64,000 nt of DNA from Cyanophora paradoxa CCMP329 (Eukaryota; Plantae; Glaucophyta): the NCBI GenBank assembly GCA_004431415.1, contig QPMI01000599.1:62001-126000 (forward strand). Direction: 5' to 3'. The notes under the pieces are model-generated. The model worked only from the letters and a program-made list of their open reading frames with translations. It ran no database searches and was not told where the DNA came from. The translations under genes were made by a program, and so were the position numbers. Shown one piece after another: positions 26,147-38,900 of the stretch (position 1 is its first letter; the number at the start of each line of letters is the position of its first letter).

Positions 26147-26704
26147 TACGCGTGCGGGGCATAGCGCTAGCGCGCTAGCGCTAGCGCTAGTGCGCGCTGT
26201 GCTCCGGATCCGTTGCGCCGCGGCCCGGGGGATCCTGCGCTCCGTGCGCTCCGGCCCGCGGTGTACATGTGCTGCTGGAATTCGAAGCAGCCGCTGCCAT
26301 ATGCATGGCCCAATGACGCGACCCGCCACGGTGCGCCGGCCGCCGGGTCGCCAGCCCTGCATTTGACATATTGACCCGCCCGCCGCGCCCCGCGCCTCGA
26401 CCCGCCTGCCGCGCCCCGCGCCCGCCTGCCCCGGGCGGCCCCCGCGGCGCCACCCGAGCCCCCTCTCGGCAGATCTGAAGCGCTAGCCCCTGGCCCCGCC
26501 CGCGCATCGTGCTGATATCCGATAGATATATAGCGCTACATCATGGCATCGGTGATCTAGAGAGTAACGACGATCTCGTAACAGGCTTATAGGGCGCCTG
26601 GGCCGGGAATCGTGGAGGGTGAAAGCGAGGAAAGGGGGGAAGCGAGCGAGCAAGGCGGGGCTCGCGGAGCTCTGGCCCTAGCCTACGGGCGCGGCTAGGC
26701 GGGG

Positions 26705-28485
26705 CTACGCGAGCGCGACCGACGGCTCGCCCTGCTGCGGGGCCGAGGACGGGGACGAGGACGAGGCGCAGCCGCAGCCGCCCTTCTTGCCGCACCCCTG
26801 CCGGGGGCGTCAGCGCGGGAGGCGGAGAGAGAGGGAAGGGGGGGAAAAGGGGGGTACGGGACGCGCCTCGCTCGAGGCCGGGGCGTCGGCGGCGTCGGCC
26901 GCCGCCTGCTCGTAGGCGAAGGGCTCGAGGCCCTCCAGGCCCAGAATCTGCGGGGGAGAAACATTCGATCCGGTGCGCTTCCCTCGGGCGGGGTGCCGGG
27001 TACGGGGTCACCCTCCGCATCTCGCGGTCCTGCTCGAAGGACTGGTTCCCTGTGGTGAGGAGCTTGTCGCCGTAGAAGATCGAGTTGGCGCCCGCCATGA
27101 AGCAGAGGGCCTGCTCGAAGGGAAGGCGGGCGCGCCGTCAGCCGCGGCCCCTGCGCGAGCGGAAGCGGGCGCCGGGGGAGTCGAGGGGGCGGGCGCGCCT
27201 GCTCGCCGACGGTGTAGTTGATGCGGCCGGCGGAGAGGCGGATCATGGACTTGGGCATGAGGATGCGCGCCGTCGCGATCATCCGCGCCAGGTCCCACAC
27301 CTGCGGGGGCTCGCTCGCACGCGGGGCGGCGGCCGGGGAGGGGCGGGGGCACGCGCACCGGGACCTCGTCCTTGTCCTCGAGGGGGGTGCCCTCCACGGC
27401 GACCAGCGCGTTGACGGGCACGCTCTCGGGGTGCTGGGGCATCGTCGCGAGGACCTGGGGCGAGGCTCAGCTGGCATGGCGGGGGGGCGGGGCGGGGCGG
27501 CCCGGCGTGGGGCGGGGGGCGGGACCTTGAGGAGGCCGATGCGGTCGTCGGCCTCCTCGCCGAGGCCGAGGATGCCGCCGCAGCAGACGGAGATGCCGGC
27601 GTCGCGCACCGCCTCGAGCGTGCGCAGCCGGTCCTCGTACTTGCGCGTCGTGATGATCTTCCCGTAGTACTCCGGCGACGTGTCCAGGTTGTGGTTGTAC
27701 GCCGTCAGCCCCGCCGCCTTCAGCGCCCGCGCCTGCTCTTCGCTGAGCAGGCCAAGCGTGGCGCACACCTGCGGCGGCGGCGCGAGGCGCGGCGGCGGCG
27801 CGGCCCGTCAGCGGCCGCGACGCGGGGCGCGGGGCGGGGGCCCGCGCGGGCGCCGGCGGGCGGATCCGGACCTCCATGTCCATCGCGCGGATGCCGGAGA
27901 TCATGTCGCAGATCTGCTTGAACTGCCACTTGCCCTTCACCTCGCGCCACGCGGTGCCCATGCAGAATCGCGTGCTCCCCGCCTCCTTGGCCGCCCGCGC
28001 GGCCTCCATCACGCTCTCGACCGCCATGAGCTTCTCCGCCTTCACGTCCGTGTTGTACCGTGCCGCCTGCGGACCTGCGATGATGAAGCGTCGCGTCATC
28101 CACGCAATCCCGATCGCCCAGCGCGGGGGCGGCGCACAGTACGCGCAGTCCTCTTCGCATCCGCCCGTCTTGATAGAAAGAAGCGTACACTGCTGCACCT
28201 TCCGGGGGTCGTGAAACTGCCTGTGGATCGTAGCCGCCCGGAAGACGAGCTCTAGCAGCGGCGCGTGGAAGACTGGGACAAGGGGACGCGGGCGTCACGT
28301 GGGAAGTGCGGCAGGGAGCCGGGGCACGACGCACTCTCTTTGATCTCATCGTGCGTCCAATCGTGCCGAACGAGCGGCTGCGGCGCGGCGGCCGCGGCGG
28401 CAGCCACCCCGTGAACATGCCGGACCGCAGGCCTGGCCCGGACGCACGCCAGGGACCGCACAGCTAGCCTCGCCGCGATGGACAT
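26705..28485 (-). CDS. bioB: Biotin synthase (radical SAM) with mitochondrial-type presequence; multi-exon
   Basis: Motifs [28 protein letters not shown] (CxxxCxxC), [83 protein letters not shown]-terminus [12 protein letters not shown] is Arg/Ala-rich and acid-free. Confidence 0.95.
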
Positions 28486-28526
28486 CGAACAGGTACTCTA
28501 CCCCCCTGCTGCTCAGTCCCCCTTCG

Positions 28527-29490
28527 ATGGCGTTCGTTGGTCCTCCCGCCGCCCTCGGAGCCGTCCGCCGGCCCGTGCCGCTGCCGCGGAGCCAGTCCGC
28601 AGCTTGTCCCGCCGCCAGGGCGTGTCCGCCGGTGTGCAGCGGCGAGAGCACGCCGTCGCGGGGCGCAGCCCCGCAGCAGCGCATGTTCGAGGCGCTGGCG
28701 AACGCCGTGTTCGAGGCCCGCGGCGCCGTGGGCCGCTCGGGCGCAGCCGCGGCGGTATGCTCGCTTGCGGCGGCGGCCGCCGTCTTCGCCGCGGAGCCGC
28801 CGGCGCACGCGTTCGAAGTCCGCCTGCCCAGTGGCATCCAGCTCGAGATGCCGCGGCCCTTCTTCGCGAAGCTCAAGGACTACGGCGTGCTGGACGCGCC
28901 GATCGAGGAGGTCCAGCTGCAGCTCGGCATGGAGGACGGGTCGCTCCGCTTCGTGCCGGACAGCCTCGAGCTCGTCCAGGGCCACATCTACCGCCTCAAG
29001 ATGAGCAACCCGTCGAAGATGACTCACTACTTCACTCCGGTGAGCGCGCGCGCGCTCGGCGGCACGCGGGAGCTCCTGCCAGCCTCTGAGGCGCCGGCGC
29101 TCTGCCCCGCAGGGCGACTTCGCGAACAAGATCTTCACTGTCTTCGTCTCGGCCGGCGACCCCAGGATCGAGGTCAAGGTGCGGCCCAGACCCCCCTTCC
29201 GAGGCGCCCCGTACCCCACTGCCGGCGCCCCGCCGCCTGTACCCCATTGCCGACGCCCCGCACCGCGTAGGGCCCTGTGCAGGAGGTCGCTCTGAAGGCC
29301 GGCGCCTCGCTGGAGTGGGTACGCCGTCATTTCCGCAGCCTGCCCCCCTCGCCCTCCCCCCCCCTGCTCACCCCGTACCCCCCAGACGCTGATCCCGATG
29401 AAGCCGGGGGAGTACCCCTTCCGCTGCTCGGTCAAGGGCCACACGGAAGCCGGCATGATCGGCAAGATCACTGTGGTCCCCCCCAAGTAG
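28527..29490 (+). CDS. Plastid-targeted cupredoxin (type-1 copper protein); 4 exons
   Basis: Spliced product ...LRFVPDSLELVQGHIYRLKMSNPSKMTHYFTP|GDFANKIF...IEVK|GPVQEVALKAGASLEW|TLIPMKPGEYPFRCSVKGHTEAGMIGKITV has His plus C-x4-H-x4-M ligands. MAFV start, then a hydrophobic stretch ending in AHA. Confidence 0.85.
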
Positions 29491-29871
29491 AGGCCCAGGC
29501 CCAGGGGCACGCCCGCGTTCCTCGTAGCTATCATGATCAGATGTCGTCGTGCTCTGGTGCATCGAAGTCGGACGCAGATGTTGTACACGTTAGCCTTGAG
29601 GCTTCGGGTGCGATGCGCTTGATCATGAGTCGCTTGGCCGGTTCACATAGGTCAAATACGCGCATGCCAAATGCGCGTAAGCGTGATCGTTTGTCCGGAT
29701 CGATCCTGCGCATGCATGCTTGTCTAGATCTGTGCATAATATACCTCACGGGCACTCGACATCATCGATGTATTAACAGATGCTACGCGTGCAAGTCGAT
29801 CGGTGGTCGGCAGCGCCCGCCGCCCGCTATGTACAGTCCGGGCGCCCCGACTCGCGGGGGCCCCGGCCCCG

Positions 29872-32800
29872 TCACTTGAACTGCGTGGAGTTGCCGTTCC
29901 AGTACGCGTTCTGCTTGTCCTTGTCCTCCCTGCCGGCGCGCACTCTCGAAGGGGGAAGAGGGGGGAGGGGTGGAGGGGCGGGCCAAACGCACCCGCCACC
30001 GTCGCCGAGGCGGTGGACGTTCGCGCCGAAGCCGCGCTGCTGCTGCTGCGGGCGCGCCGCCCCGCCGCCGCCGCCCGTGGTCCTGCCCGGCCCGCCGTGC
30101 GAGGGCGCGCCGCCCTGGCCGGGGCCCTGCGCCGGGCCGCCCTGCTGGCCCTCCGCCCCGCCCGCCGCCCGCATCGCCCGCTCCAGGTTCGGGTTCGGCC
30201 CTGCCCCGCCCCGTCTCAGCACGCTTCGCGCCGAAGGGGCCCCCCGGGGACGGTGGGGGCACCGTACTGCCACGGGCCCTGCCCCGGCACGGGCTTGTTG
30301 GGGTCCTCGCCCTGCCCGCCCCCGCTCGAGCTCGCCAGGTCGCTCAGCGTCTTCGTCCTGCCGCTGCCCTCAGGCGGGGGCCGGGGGGTACGGTGCCGTC
30401 GGATCCCGGCTGATCAAGCGGGCGCACCGGGAGCCGAAGGCGGGGCGGGACGAGGAGCCGGAGGCGCCCGACGAGGAGGCGGCGCCCGGGCGGCCGGCGG
30501 AGGACGAGGAGGCGCCCGCCGGCGCCGCCGACGAGGGCGAGGACGACGAGGAGGACCTGCGCGGGCGGGAGGGGTCGGCGGGGGTACACAGAAGGGGCGG
30601 GGGTGAAAGGCGGAAACGGGGGTACGCACCCCCGGAGATACGAGAGGGGGTTCAGGAACGAGAGGGCCTTTCCCGCCGTGGAACTGCGGGGAGGGGGTAC
30701 AGCATAAGCGGCCGCGCTCGGGAAAGCGGTAGCCCCGCGAGGACGGCTGGGGGTGGCGCACAGGACGCTCCCAATGGCGCCGCCGGCGGAGGCGGCGGCG
30801 GCGGAGGCGGCGCCGGTGGCCGAGGAGACCGCGCCGCCGCCGGACCCGAACCCGGAATCCGCCTCGGCGACCTGGAGGGGCAGGTGAACGGTCGCCCGCC
30901 GGCCCGCCGGGGCCTCCGGCGCACCGTGAGAATCAGAGTGCCCGACGGGGCCAGCTGCAGCTCGCGCAGCGTCTTGGACAGGTGCTCGGGCCCGAAGAGC
31001 TGCGGGGGTACGCGCGTCAGGGCGGGGTACAGAGCTTCTAGCCGAGCCGCGGCCTCGCCTGGCGGGGGAAGGTTGTCATGAGCGTGTAGCGGCGCGTCCC
31101 GTCCGTCCGGTGCTGCGGGGGTACGTCGATCCCGGCCTCGGGAGAGCGAGCCTCGGGGAGAGGGGACTGATTCGGGGTACGGCTCACTGAGTCGAGGTAG
31201 GCCTTCGCCGCGCCGAGGGTCGCCGTCGCCTCAAACTCGCCCTGGGGGGGAAACGAGGGCACGTGAGCGGGCGCGGCCGGAGGGGTACAGGGTCCTGCTC
31301 GCCTTCAGAGTCTCGCCGTTGGTCAGGCGGAACACGAGGGCCGCCTTCGTCGCGTTCGCCCTGCGAGCGCGGGTCAGGCGCCAAGCGCCCGGGCCATGTG
31401 GTAGGGGGGGTACGGGATGCGCACGCGGCCGAAGCAGCCGGAGCCCTCGCCGCCGCTGCCGCCGCAGGGGGAGGGGATGCGGCGGCGCCGGCGGGAGCGG
31501 CGACGGGAGCGGCGGCGGGAGCGGCCGGCAGGGGCTGCCCCAGCCGGGCGGCGGCGGCAGCCGCCGCCGGCGATGCGCCGGGCCGAGTGGGGCCGGCGGC
31601 GGCAGCTGAGGGTGCGGAGGGAGCCGGCTGCGGCGCTGCGGCGGTCTGCGCCGCTCTCAGCGGGGGCGGCGGGGCGGGCGGCGGGGCGGCGCTCGCTCGC
31701 CTGCCCCATGGCCTCGGCGCGCTCGGCGGCGCGGCGCCTCTTGTCGTCCTCGAGCAGCTTCCGGAGGCGCTCCTTCTCCTTCGCCGCCTCCATCTTCTCC
31801 CGCTGCCGCTCCTCCAGCGCCCGCCTGCCGCGAGCGCGGGCGGATCGATCGGATCAGGTCGGATCGAGCCGCCGATCGAGTCGGCTCGGCCGCACTTCGT
31901 CTCCGCCTCTTTACGAAGCCGCTCCTGCTCCGCGATCTGCTTTCCGGCCTCACGGCGGGCCGCCTCCCGCTCGCGCTCCGCCTGCCGCGAGGAATTCGAT
32001 CCCGTTCGCGCCGGTTTAAAAACACGCGACCTCGATCGCACCTGGCGCTCGTGCTCCTCGCGTTTGGCGCGGGTGCGCGCGATTGCTTCCTGGAGCCGCG
32101 CCTGCGCACGCTCTGAGCCGGCGGGGAATCGATTAGAGGGGGCGCACACCTGCTTCTCGGCCTCGCTCAGGGCGGAGGACGAGGAGCCGCCGGAGGGAGC
32201 CCCGGCTCCGTGGGCGGCGGGCGCAGGGGCAGCGGCGGGCGGCGGCTGCACGGAACCGCGTCAGTCGCTTGACACTTGACTCCGAGCCGGCGTCGGCGAG
32301 GACGCACGCTAAGGAGCTTCTGCTTGGCGGAGGCGATGCGCTTGGCGAGCTCTGCAGCCGCGATAAACCCGGGGATGATGTCGATGGGGCTCCCGTTGAG
32401 AGAGTTGATGAGGTAGATAGTCGGGACCTTCAGGATCATGTCTGAAGGGCGCGTCAGCGACGCACGCTGCGGGGCCGGGGGTGGCGCGCACAGATAGAGC
32501 AGAATTGCCGCGCGGGCTCCGTCGCCTCTGTAAGGCGAAGCGCGACAGCGTGCTCGAGGATCGCCGCGCCGACCGGAGCGGACGACCAGACTTCGGCGTC
32601 CAGCTTCTGCGACTCTTCATCCGCGCCTGCCGCGCAGCGTCAGGCGTACGTGCAAATCATGGTCGAGCGCTCGTTATGTGTGCTCGTAGCTGGGCTGCAC
32701 TTTGCAAGCGCGCCTTGTACGGTCACAATGAGTACGCGGTTGTCGGCTTTTGCCAGCGTGATGGCCTCAAGCACATTGCCTTCGAAGAACGGAAGCGGGC

Positions 32801-33083
32801 CCGAGGAGCTCGATACGCTCGATGAAGGTGCCGGTGGCGCGTCGGGGCCGTCGGGCTCGAGCGGCGGCATCTCGTCGTCGGTCACAGGCTCCTCCTCGGT
32901 TGGCGGGTCAGGTTTCTTCGCGGCTGATGCTGCAGGCTTCGGGATTTCCACCAAGGGCGGCAGGTCGTCCAGATCCTCGTCGATGCCCCACGCGCTCTCC
33001 GCCGCCGCCTCCGCCGCCGGCTCGCCCGCGTTCCCCGTCGCGGCAACGGCCGCCTCCGCGAGCGCGTCGTCCGTCGGGTCCAT
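29872..33083 (-). CDS. UBX-domain protein of the UBXN4/erasin type (p97/Cdc48 adaptor); multi-exon
   Basis: Thioredoxin-like start FFEGNVLEAITLAK..VLIVTV, coiled coil, UBX-like exons (GEFEATATLGAAKAYLD, YTLMTTFPR, TLRELQLAPSGTLIL), and C-terminal AYWNGNSTQF resembling the WNGNSTQ tail of UBXN4. Confidence 0.85.
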
Positions 33084-33182
33084 GAGCTGGACTGCGAAGT
33101 GCCTTCGCACGGGTACCCCCCGGACCCGCTTCGCCCCCCGTCCGCAGCCGACGCCGGCGCGAAGCCGACGCCAGCGCGCGCC

Positions 33183-33628
33183 ATGAACGGTGTCTACGAT
33201 GCCGCCTACCTCCTGCTCGTCTTCGTCTTCGGCTGGTCGATTGTGATCGGGTTCATTGTTCTTGGTGCGCTGCGCGCGCGGCCGCCGCTCGCGCGCCGGC
33301 TCAGCTGACCCGAGCCGACCGCGCGCCAGCGTGGTACATTGGTACGTGCTCATCGTTCTCGATGCGCTGTCCGCTGCACGTGGTCCTGACCCGTCCGTCC
33401 GCGACAGCGTGGAAGCTCGTCCTGCAGCACGTTCCCATCGTGCGGGAGCTCCTCGGAATGGGCAAGCTGCCCGAGGAGGGCAAGCGTCCCGAAGAGCCCA
33501 AGCCCGCCTCCCAGGCGCCGGCGGAGCGCATGCGCACAGCCTCTGCGACCAAGCCGGCGGCAACCACTGCGGCTGCGCAGCTTTCGGCGCGCGCGAACGT
33601 CGCGCAACGGGGAAGGAGATCCCTGTGA
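33183..33628 (+). CDS. Small membrane protein, SMIM13-like; 3 exons including a 12-nt microexon (33330-33341)
   Basis: Spliced MNGVYDAAYLLLVFVFGWSIVIGFIVLAWYIAWKLVLQHVPIVRELLGMG...; the WYxxWxLxL..VRELLG pattern recalls SMIM13. Confidence 0.7.
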
Positions 33629-34227
33629 GGCGCACAGGAGCGCGCGTTCTGCAGCGGCAACGTGCTAGCGCTGGCGCGTTGCTCGGCGACGGATCAGCAC
33701 GTTTTCCCGGCAGCGCGCGGCGAGGAGCGTCCGTCGGCCACGGGAGCGCGTAGCGGACTCTTCAGAGATAAGCTTGCGCTCGATCGGTGTCTCGCAGGCG
33801 GCGCGCGCTGGCGCTGCAGGAGGCGGAGTGCGCGGTGGCCTCTGCCGAGGCCTGTCTCTCATCCACTCGGAGGCTCAGCAGGCGCTCAGCCTCCGCGCTG
33901 GCGCCTCCCAGCTCGGCTTAATCGTGCGATGCTCAGCTACAGCGTGCGAGCGCAGCTTTCTCCTCGTAGCGTAGTTGGCTCTCCCCTCCACATCGATAGC
34001 TATCGTAGTGTGAAGATTGGTGTCGCAGCGCAGCGCTAGCTTGTAGTACGCAGGTGGTTTTTGGCAGGCAGAATGCGCAGGAGATAGATTATACGTCTCT
34101 CATATCATCTTGATAACTTGACCGAGTATCCGCGCACAGATAGAGGGTCCGCGGCCGGGGCCCGGGGGGCATGGCGCCGGCGCCGGCCGGCCGCGCGGGG
34201 CGAGGCGAGGCGGGGCGGCCCGGAGGT

Positions 34228-35823
34228 CTAGGCGCGGCGGCCCATGAGCATGAAGAAGGAGAAGCGGGCGGGGTACTCCGCGTCCAGGTCGTCGCTTCCG
34301 AAGGCCGACGCCAGCGCCGCCTGCCCACGCGTGCGCTCAGCTGGGCGTTGGAGGCTCGAGCCGCAACTGATCATGAGCCGGGGGCTTGCCTGGACGCCCG
34401 GCAGGGGGTCGTCGGCGGGGTCCGGGTGCTGCTGCCGGTACCGGTGCAGCCCCGACCTGCGTGCGCGCGCGCCACCCGAGTTTCAGGGGGCGGGGGCGCG
34501 GGGGGCGCGAAGGGGGGGTACGCCGCCGCACCACGTCCCGAGCATCTGTAGGAGGCGCCGTATCGTGACGGCGGTGGGCCGGTGCACGAGGGCCCTGCGG
34601 AGGGCCCAGGAAGATCACGACACGAGAAGCAAGGGTCGCAGGGGTACGGCGCGCCTGTGCGTGGAGGGGTACAGATCCGCAGGGAGCTCGAAAGACGCGT
34701 AGCGTTCAGTGACGTACTTGCGGCCCTCCTCCCAGTAGGGGCCCATCGTGACGTCATCGAACTGATCAAGCGTCAGGTGGGCAGGGCGCTCGAAGGTATT
34801 AAATTCTTACGTGTTTCAGGACCTTCTGCGCCCTTTCCGCGGTTTGCGGGTCGGGGCCCGTGATCTGTGGGGTACGTGGTTACGAAAGGGACACAAGGGG
34901 TACCGTTCGCTTCAGCTTCGGACCTCTATCAGATCGTAGCTCTGGCGCGGGGGGCCGCTGAGTCAGGCGGCGGGCGCGCGATGAGGGGTTTAAGGGAGCG
35001 TTCCGCGAGGAAGCGGGGCGCACCCACAGGGCGAGCGTTCCGCCGGGCTTGAGCACCCGCGCAGCCTCCTTGTAGAAGCGCGGCCGTTCGAACCTGAGGA
35101 TTGATGCGAAGCTCAAGCTCGATCATGAGCGTGAGGCCTAGGGCATCTGGATCACCGTACCAGTGGACGGCCTGGGCGACGGTCACGACGTCCGCGGAGG
35201 CCTCCGGCAGGCTCGGGAGCTCCTCCGCCCTCGAGACGAGGAACTCGGCGTTCGAGACGCCGGCCTCGGCCGCTGCGGCGCGCGGGGCGCGGCGCCGATC
35301 AAATCCCATCGGCGCATGCGCAGGTGGCGCGGCCGCGGGCGGCGAGCACCCGCCGCCTTCGCCTGTTCGATCTGCGGCACGCTGACATCGAGCCCGATCA
35401 CCCTCGAGAAGTGCCGGGACAGCTCGAGCGTAGCCTGGGGAGCGGGGATGTCGTCAGCCAGAGATCTATAGCTAGATGCGGCGAGCTCGAGATGTGGGGC
35501 GACGCGCCTGGCCGGTGCCGCAAGCAACGTCGACCACCAAGGATCCCGGCTTCACTTCTGCGGGGCGGGCGCGGGGCGCCGATCAGGCGGGGGGCGCGTT
35601 CGCGCACGCGAAGGATCGCCCTGGCATTGTTTGGCTCGCTTCGAGGCGCACCTCCGCGCTTGAGGCCGGCGAACGCGAGCAGCTCGTCGTACAGCGCTGG
35701 AGGGTAGTCTGTGTGCTCGCGGTCGGCGCTCGCACGGAGCGATATCAAGGGCGCCTACTCCGCACCTGGACGAAAGCGCCGGTAGTCGCCCGCATTGTAC
35801 GCGCCATGCGCGAACGCCGACAT
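34228..35823 (-). CDS. Class I SAM-dependent methyltransferase (Methyltransf_11-like); multi-exon
   Basis: MSAFAHGAYNAGDYRRFRP|DYPPALYDELL, VVDVACGTGQ (motif I), VIGLDVS..QI, ADVVTVAQAVHW|F, ARVLKPGGTLALW, GPYWEEGR; ends FMLMGRRA-stop. Confidence 0.9.
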
Positions 35824-35913
35824 CGGCGCTCACCGGCGCCAGGCTGGTTTTTGTGTTGGCGCCGGGGTACAGCAGCGAAGCGGCGGAAGTCGAGGGCCGC
35901 GCGCTTCTACGCG

Positions 35914-38900
35914 ATGGAGGGGCTCATCCCCGGTATGACAGACCCCTCCTCGTTCTTTTGAGGCGCTGATTCAAGCGCGCCGCGCGCCGTGTGCTGCTCA
36001 GTCCTCAACAAGCTCCAAGATGCCTTGGCGCCGATCGCAGAGCAGCACGAGGGCAACATGCTGCTGAGCATGTTGCCGCAGATAGCGGTCCTTGGGGCGC
36101 AGAGCAGCGGCAAATCCTCGTGCGCGCCGGGGTCATGTGATCCGCCGGTTGTGCGCATTGCCTGACGCGGCCCGCCCCACTGGCGAACGTGCAGAGTTCT
36201 GGAATCAATCTGTGGTCGAGGTGAGCAGCGTTCGCTGCGCCGCGCGGGGGCGCGGGGCCGAGCGCGCGCGGGGCGCTCAACCGCGGCGGGCGGCGCAGAC
36301 TTCCTGCCGCGGGGCACGCAGATGGTGACACGCAGGCCGCTTGTGCTTCAGCTCATTCCATCGTCGGGAGCGCTGGCGAACCCGAAGCGCGCGGGGCCGC
36401 GCGGGGGCGGGTCACCTGACCCCGCGGCCGGCGGCCCGTCCTCCGAGCCCAAGGCGCAGTCCCCGCGCTCCCGCGCCCGGCGCGAACTGGAGCGCGGGCG
36501 TTCCAGCTCATCCCGTACCCCGTCCCCGGAGCGCGACGCCCCCGCGGAGGGGGTAGAGGAGTGGGCCGAGTTCAACCACCTGCCCGGGAAGCGCTTCACC
36601 GACTTCGAGCAGGCTCGCCGCTTTCCCCCCTTTCTCTTCGACTTCAGTAACGCGTTTGGCAGGTCCGCGCCGAGATTGAGAAGGAGACGGATAGGGTCGC
36701 GCCGAAGAACGGGAGTGCGCCGCCCCCCTACCCCCCCCCCCCATCTCCCCCCCCTCCCGGCTGCTCGGCTGGCGGTCCAGCTGATCTGCGTCCCCTTTTG
36801 CCAGTCTCTCCCCTCCCGATCACTCTCAAGATCCACTCCCCGAAAGGTCCGATACCCCCCGATGGCCGCTGTCGTCCCCCCTCTGACACTGTCTCCCCGC
36901 AGTCATTCCCCTGACGTTGAACGACCTACCCGGGCTCGTCAAGATCTCCATCGGTGCCCCTTTGCACGTCCTCGCAACCCCCTCTGCCGCCTCTGAGCCC
37001 CGCCCCCGCTCCCAGGCGGCCAGCCCACGGACCTCGAGGCCCAGGTACCCCCCTTGGCTCTGAGCTAAACACCCCCCCCCCCCCCCCCCCCCCCCCCGCT
37101 TCCTCCACTAATTCTTCTCCCGCACAGATTCGAAAGTTGGTCCTTGAGTACATCTCCCAGCCCAACGTCATCATTTTGGCTGTCACATCGGGTATCCCCC
37201 CTTATCCCCTACTCTGGGATACCCCCCTCAGCCCCTCCCTTCCCCACCGCAGCCAACACCGACATCGCGAACTCGGACGGTACCCTCGCCGGCCTGCTTG
37301 CCGGCACCCCTCCAGCTCAGCGTGTACCCCGCAGCCCTTCAGCTCGCGAGGGAGGTTGACCCGACGGGTGTGTACCCCCCGCTCTGCCGTGGGCTCCCCG
37401 CCGAGGCGAGCGCGTACCCCCGCAGGCCAGCGCACGCTCGGCGTTCTGACCAAGCTCGGTGCGCGTACCCCCCGGACCCCGTCCCGCGGGGGGTAACGCG
37501 GGGGGTACCGCAGATCTGATGGACCGCGGGACCGACGCGAGCGGTGCGCGGGCTGCGCCCCCGTCCTCGCCTTCCCCCCCCCCCCATCTGACGCTGTACC
37601 CCCCGCAGACCTGCTTGCGGGGAAGCTGGTGAACCTGCCGCTGGGCTTCAACGCCGTCGTCTGGTGCCGCGCCCCAGCCCCCCGCCCCACCCTGGCCCGG
37701 GGCCCCTCGGGCTGAGGCGGGGGCAGCCGGGCGCAGGAGGACATCGCGCGGCGGAAGCCGATCTCGGAGGCCCTCCAGGCCGAGGCCGACTTCTTCGCCG
37801 CCCGCGTCCGCCCCGCCCCGCCCGCCCCGCCCCGCCTCCTCCGCCTGACGCGCACGGCGGCGCAGGCGGCGTACCGGCCGCACGCGGCGCGCCTCGGGAG
37901 CCCCAACCTCGCCCGCCGCCTCAACAGGGTCCGGGGACCCCCGTCCCTCCCCATCCTCCACTTCCAGCGCCGACGCCTCCTCTCGCCTCGCAGATCCTCC
38001 TCGACCACATCCGCGAGCGGTGCGGCCCTCGGCCTCCCCCCGCCCCGCCCGCGCCCGCTTCATAGCCTAAGGCGGCGCGGGGCGGCAGGCTGCCGGACGT
38101 GAAGCGCCGCATCGCCGCCGCCGCCCAGAAGGCCCGGTACGCCGCCCCCCCGCCCCCCTCCCTCCCGCGCCCCTGCCGCCCTCGGCGCCCGACCCCTCGT
38201 ACCCCTCTTCTCTCCCTTTCCCCCAGGGACGACCTGGAGGTGCTGGGGGAGTCCCCCGGCGACTCGCCGGCGACGCAGGGCGCCGCCCTCCTCAGCGCCC
38301 TCACCCAGCTCAGGTGAGCCCGGCTCCAGCCGGCGCCTCTGCGCTTTGGCCCGGGGCGTGGCCGACGGGGGCCCCCCTTGCGGCAGCAACGAGTTCCGGG
38401 ACACGATCGACGGTAAGCTCTTCCGGCTCGGCGACGTGCGTTCGCCCCGCCCCGCCCCGCCCCCTTCCGCCCGAGGCGGCGAGGGGGCCCACGCGGGGGA
38501 CGGCAGGCGGACCTGTACGGGGGCGCGCGCATCGCCCACATCTTCCACGAAGTCTTCCACAGGGTCCGCCGCCCGCCCCTGTGCGGTCCGAGGGGTTCAG
38601 ACCAAGCCCGCGCCCTTTAAAATACGATCCGACCGAGGCCTTCCGAGCGCTTGCGGGGTCGAGGGCGCCGGCTGGCGGCTGCTGAGGGGGCGGGGGCGGG
38701 GGGCAGCGGGTGGAGGCGATCGACCCCGCGCAGGAGCTCACCCCCTACGGTCCGCCCCCCCGCCCCGAGCCCCGCTCTCCCCCACGCCTTCTCATGGATT
38801 CTTCTCGCGCGACCGCCGGACTCCCGCCCGCCCCGCAGACATCAGCGTGGCCATGCGCAACGCCGCCGGCACCAAGGCGCCCTGCTCCCCGCTCCCGCCC

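Noticed and set aside
26343-26359. CCCTG end resembling a hAT terminal inverted repeat
   Set aside because: No convincing partner TIR and no 8-bp TSD found.
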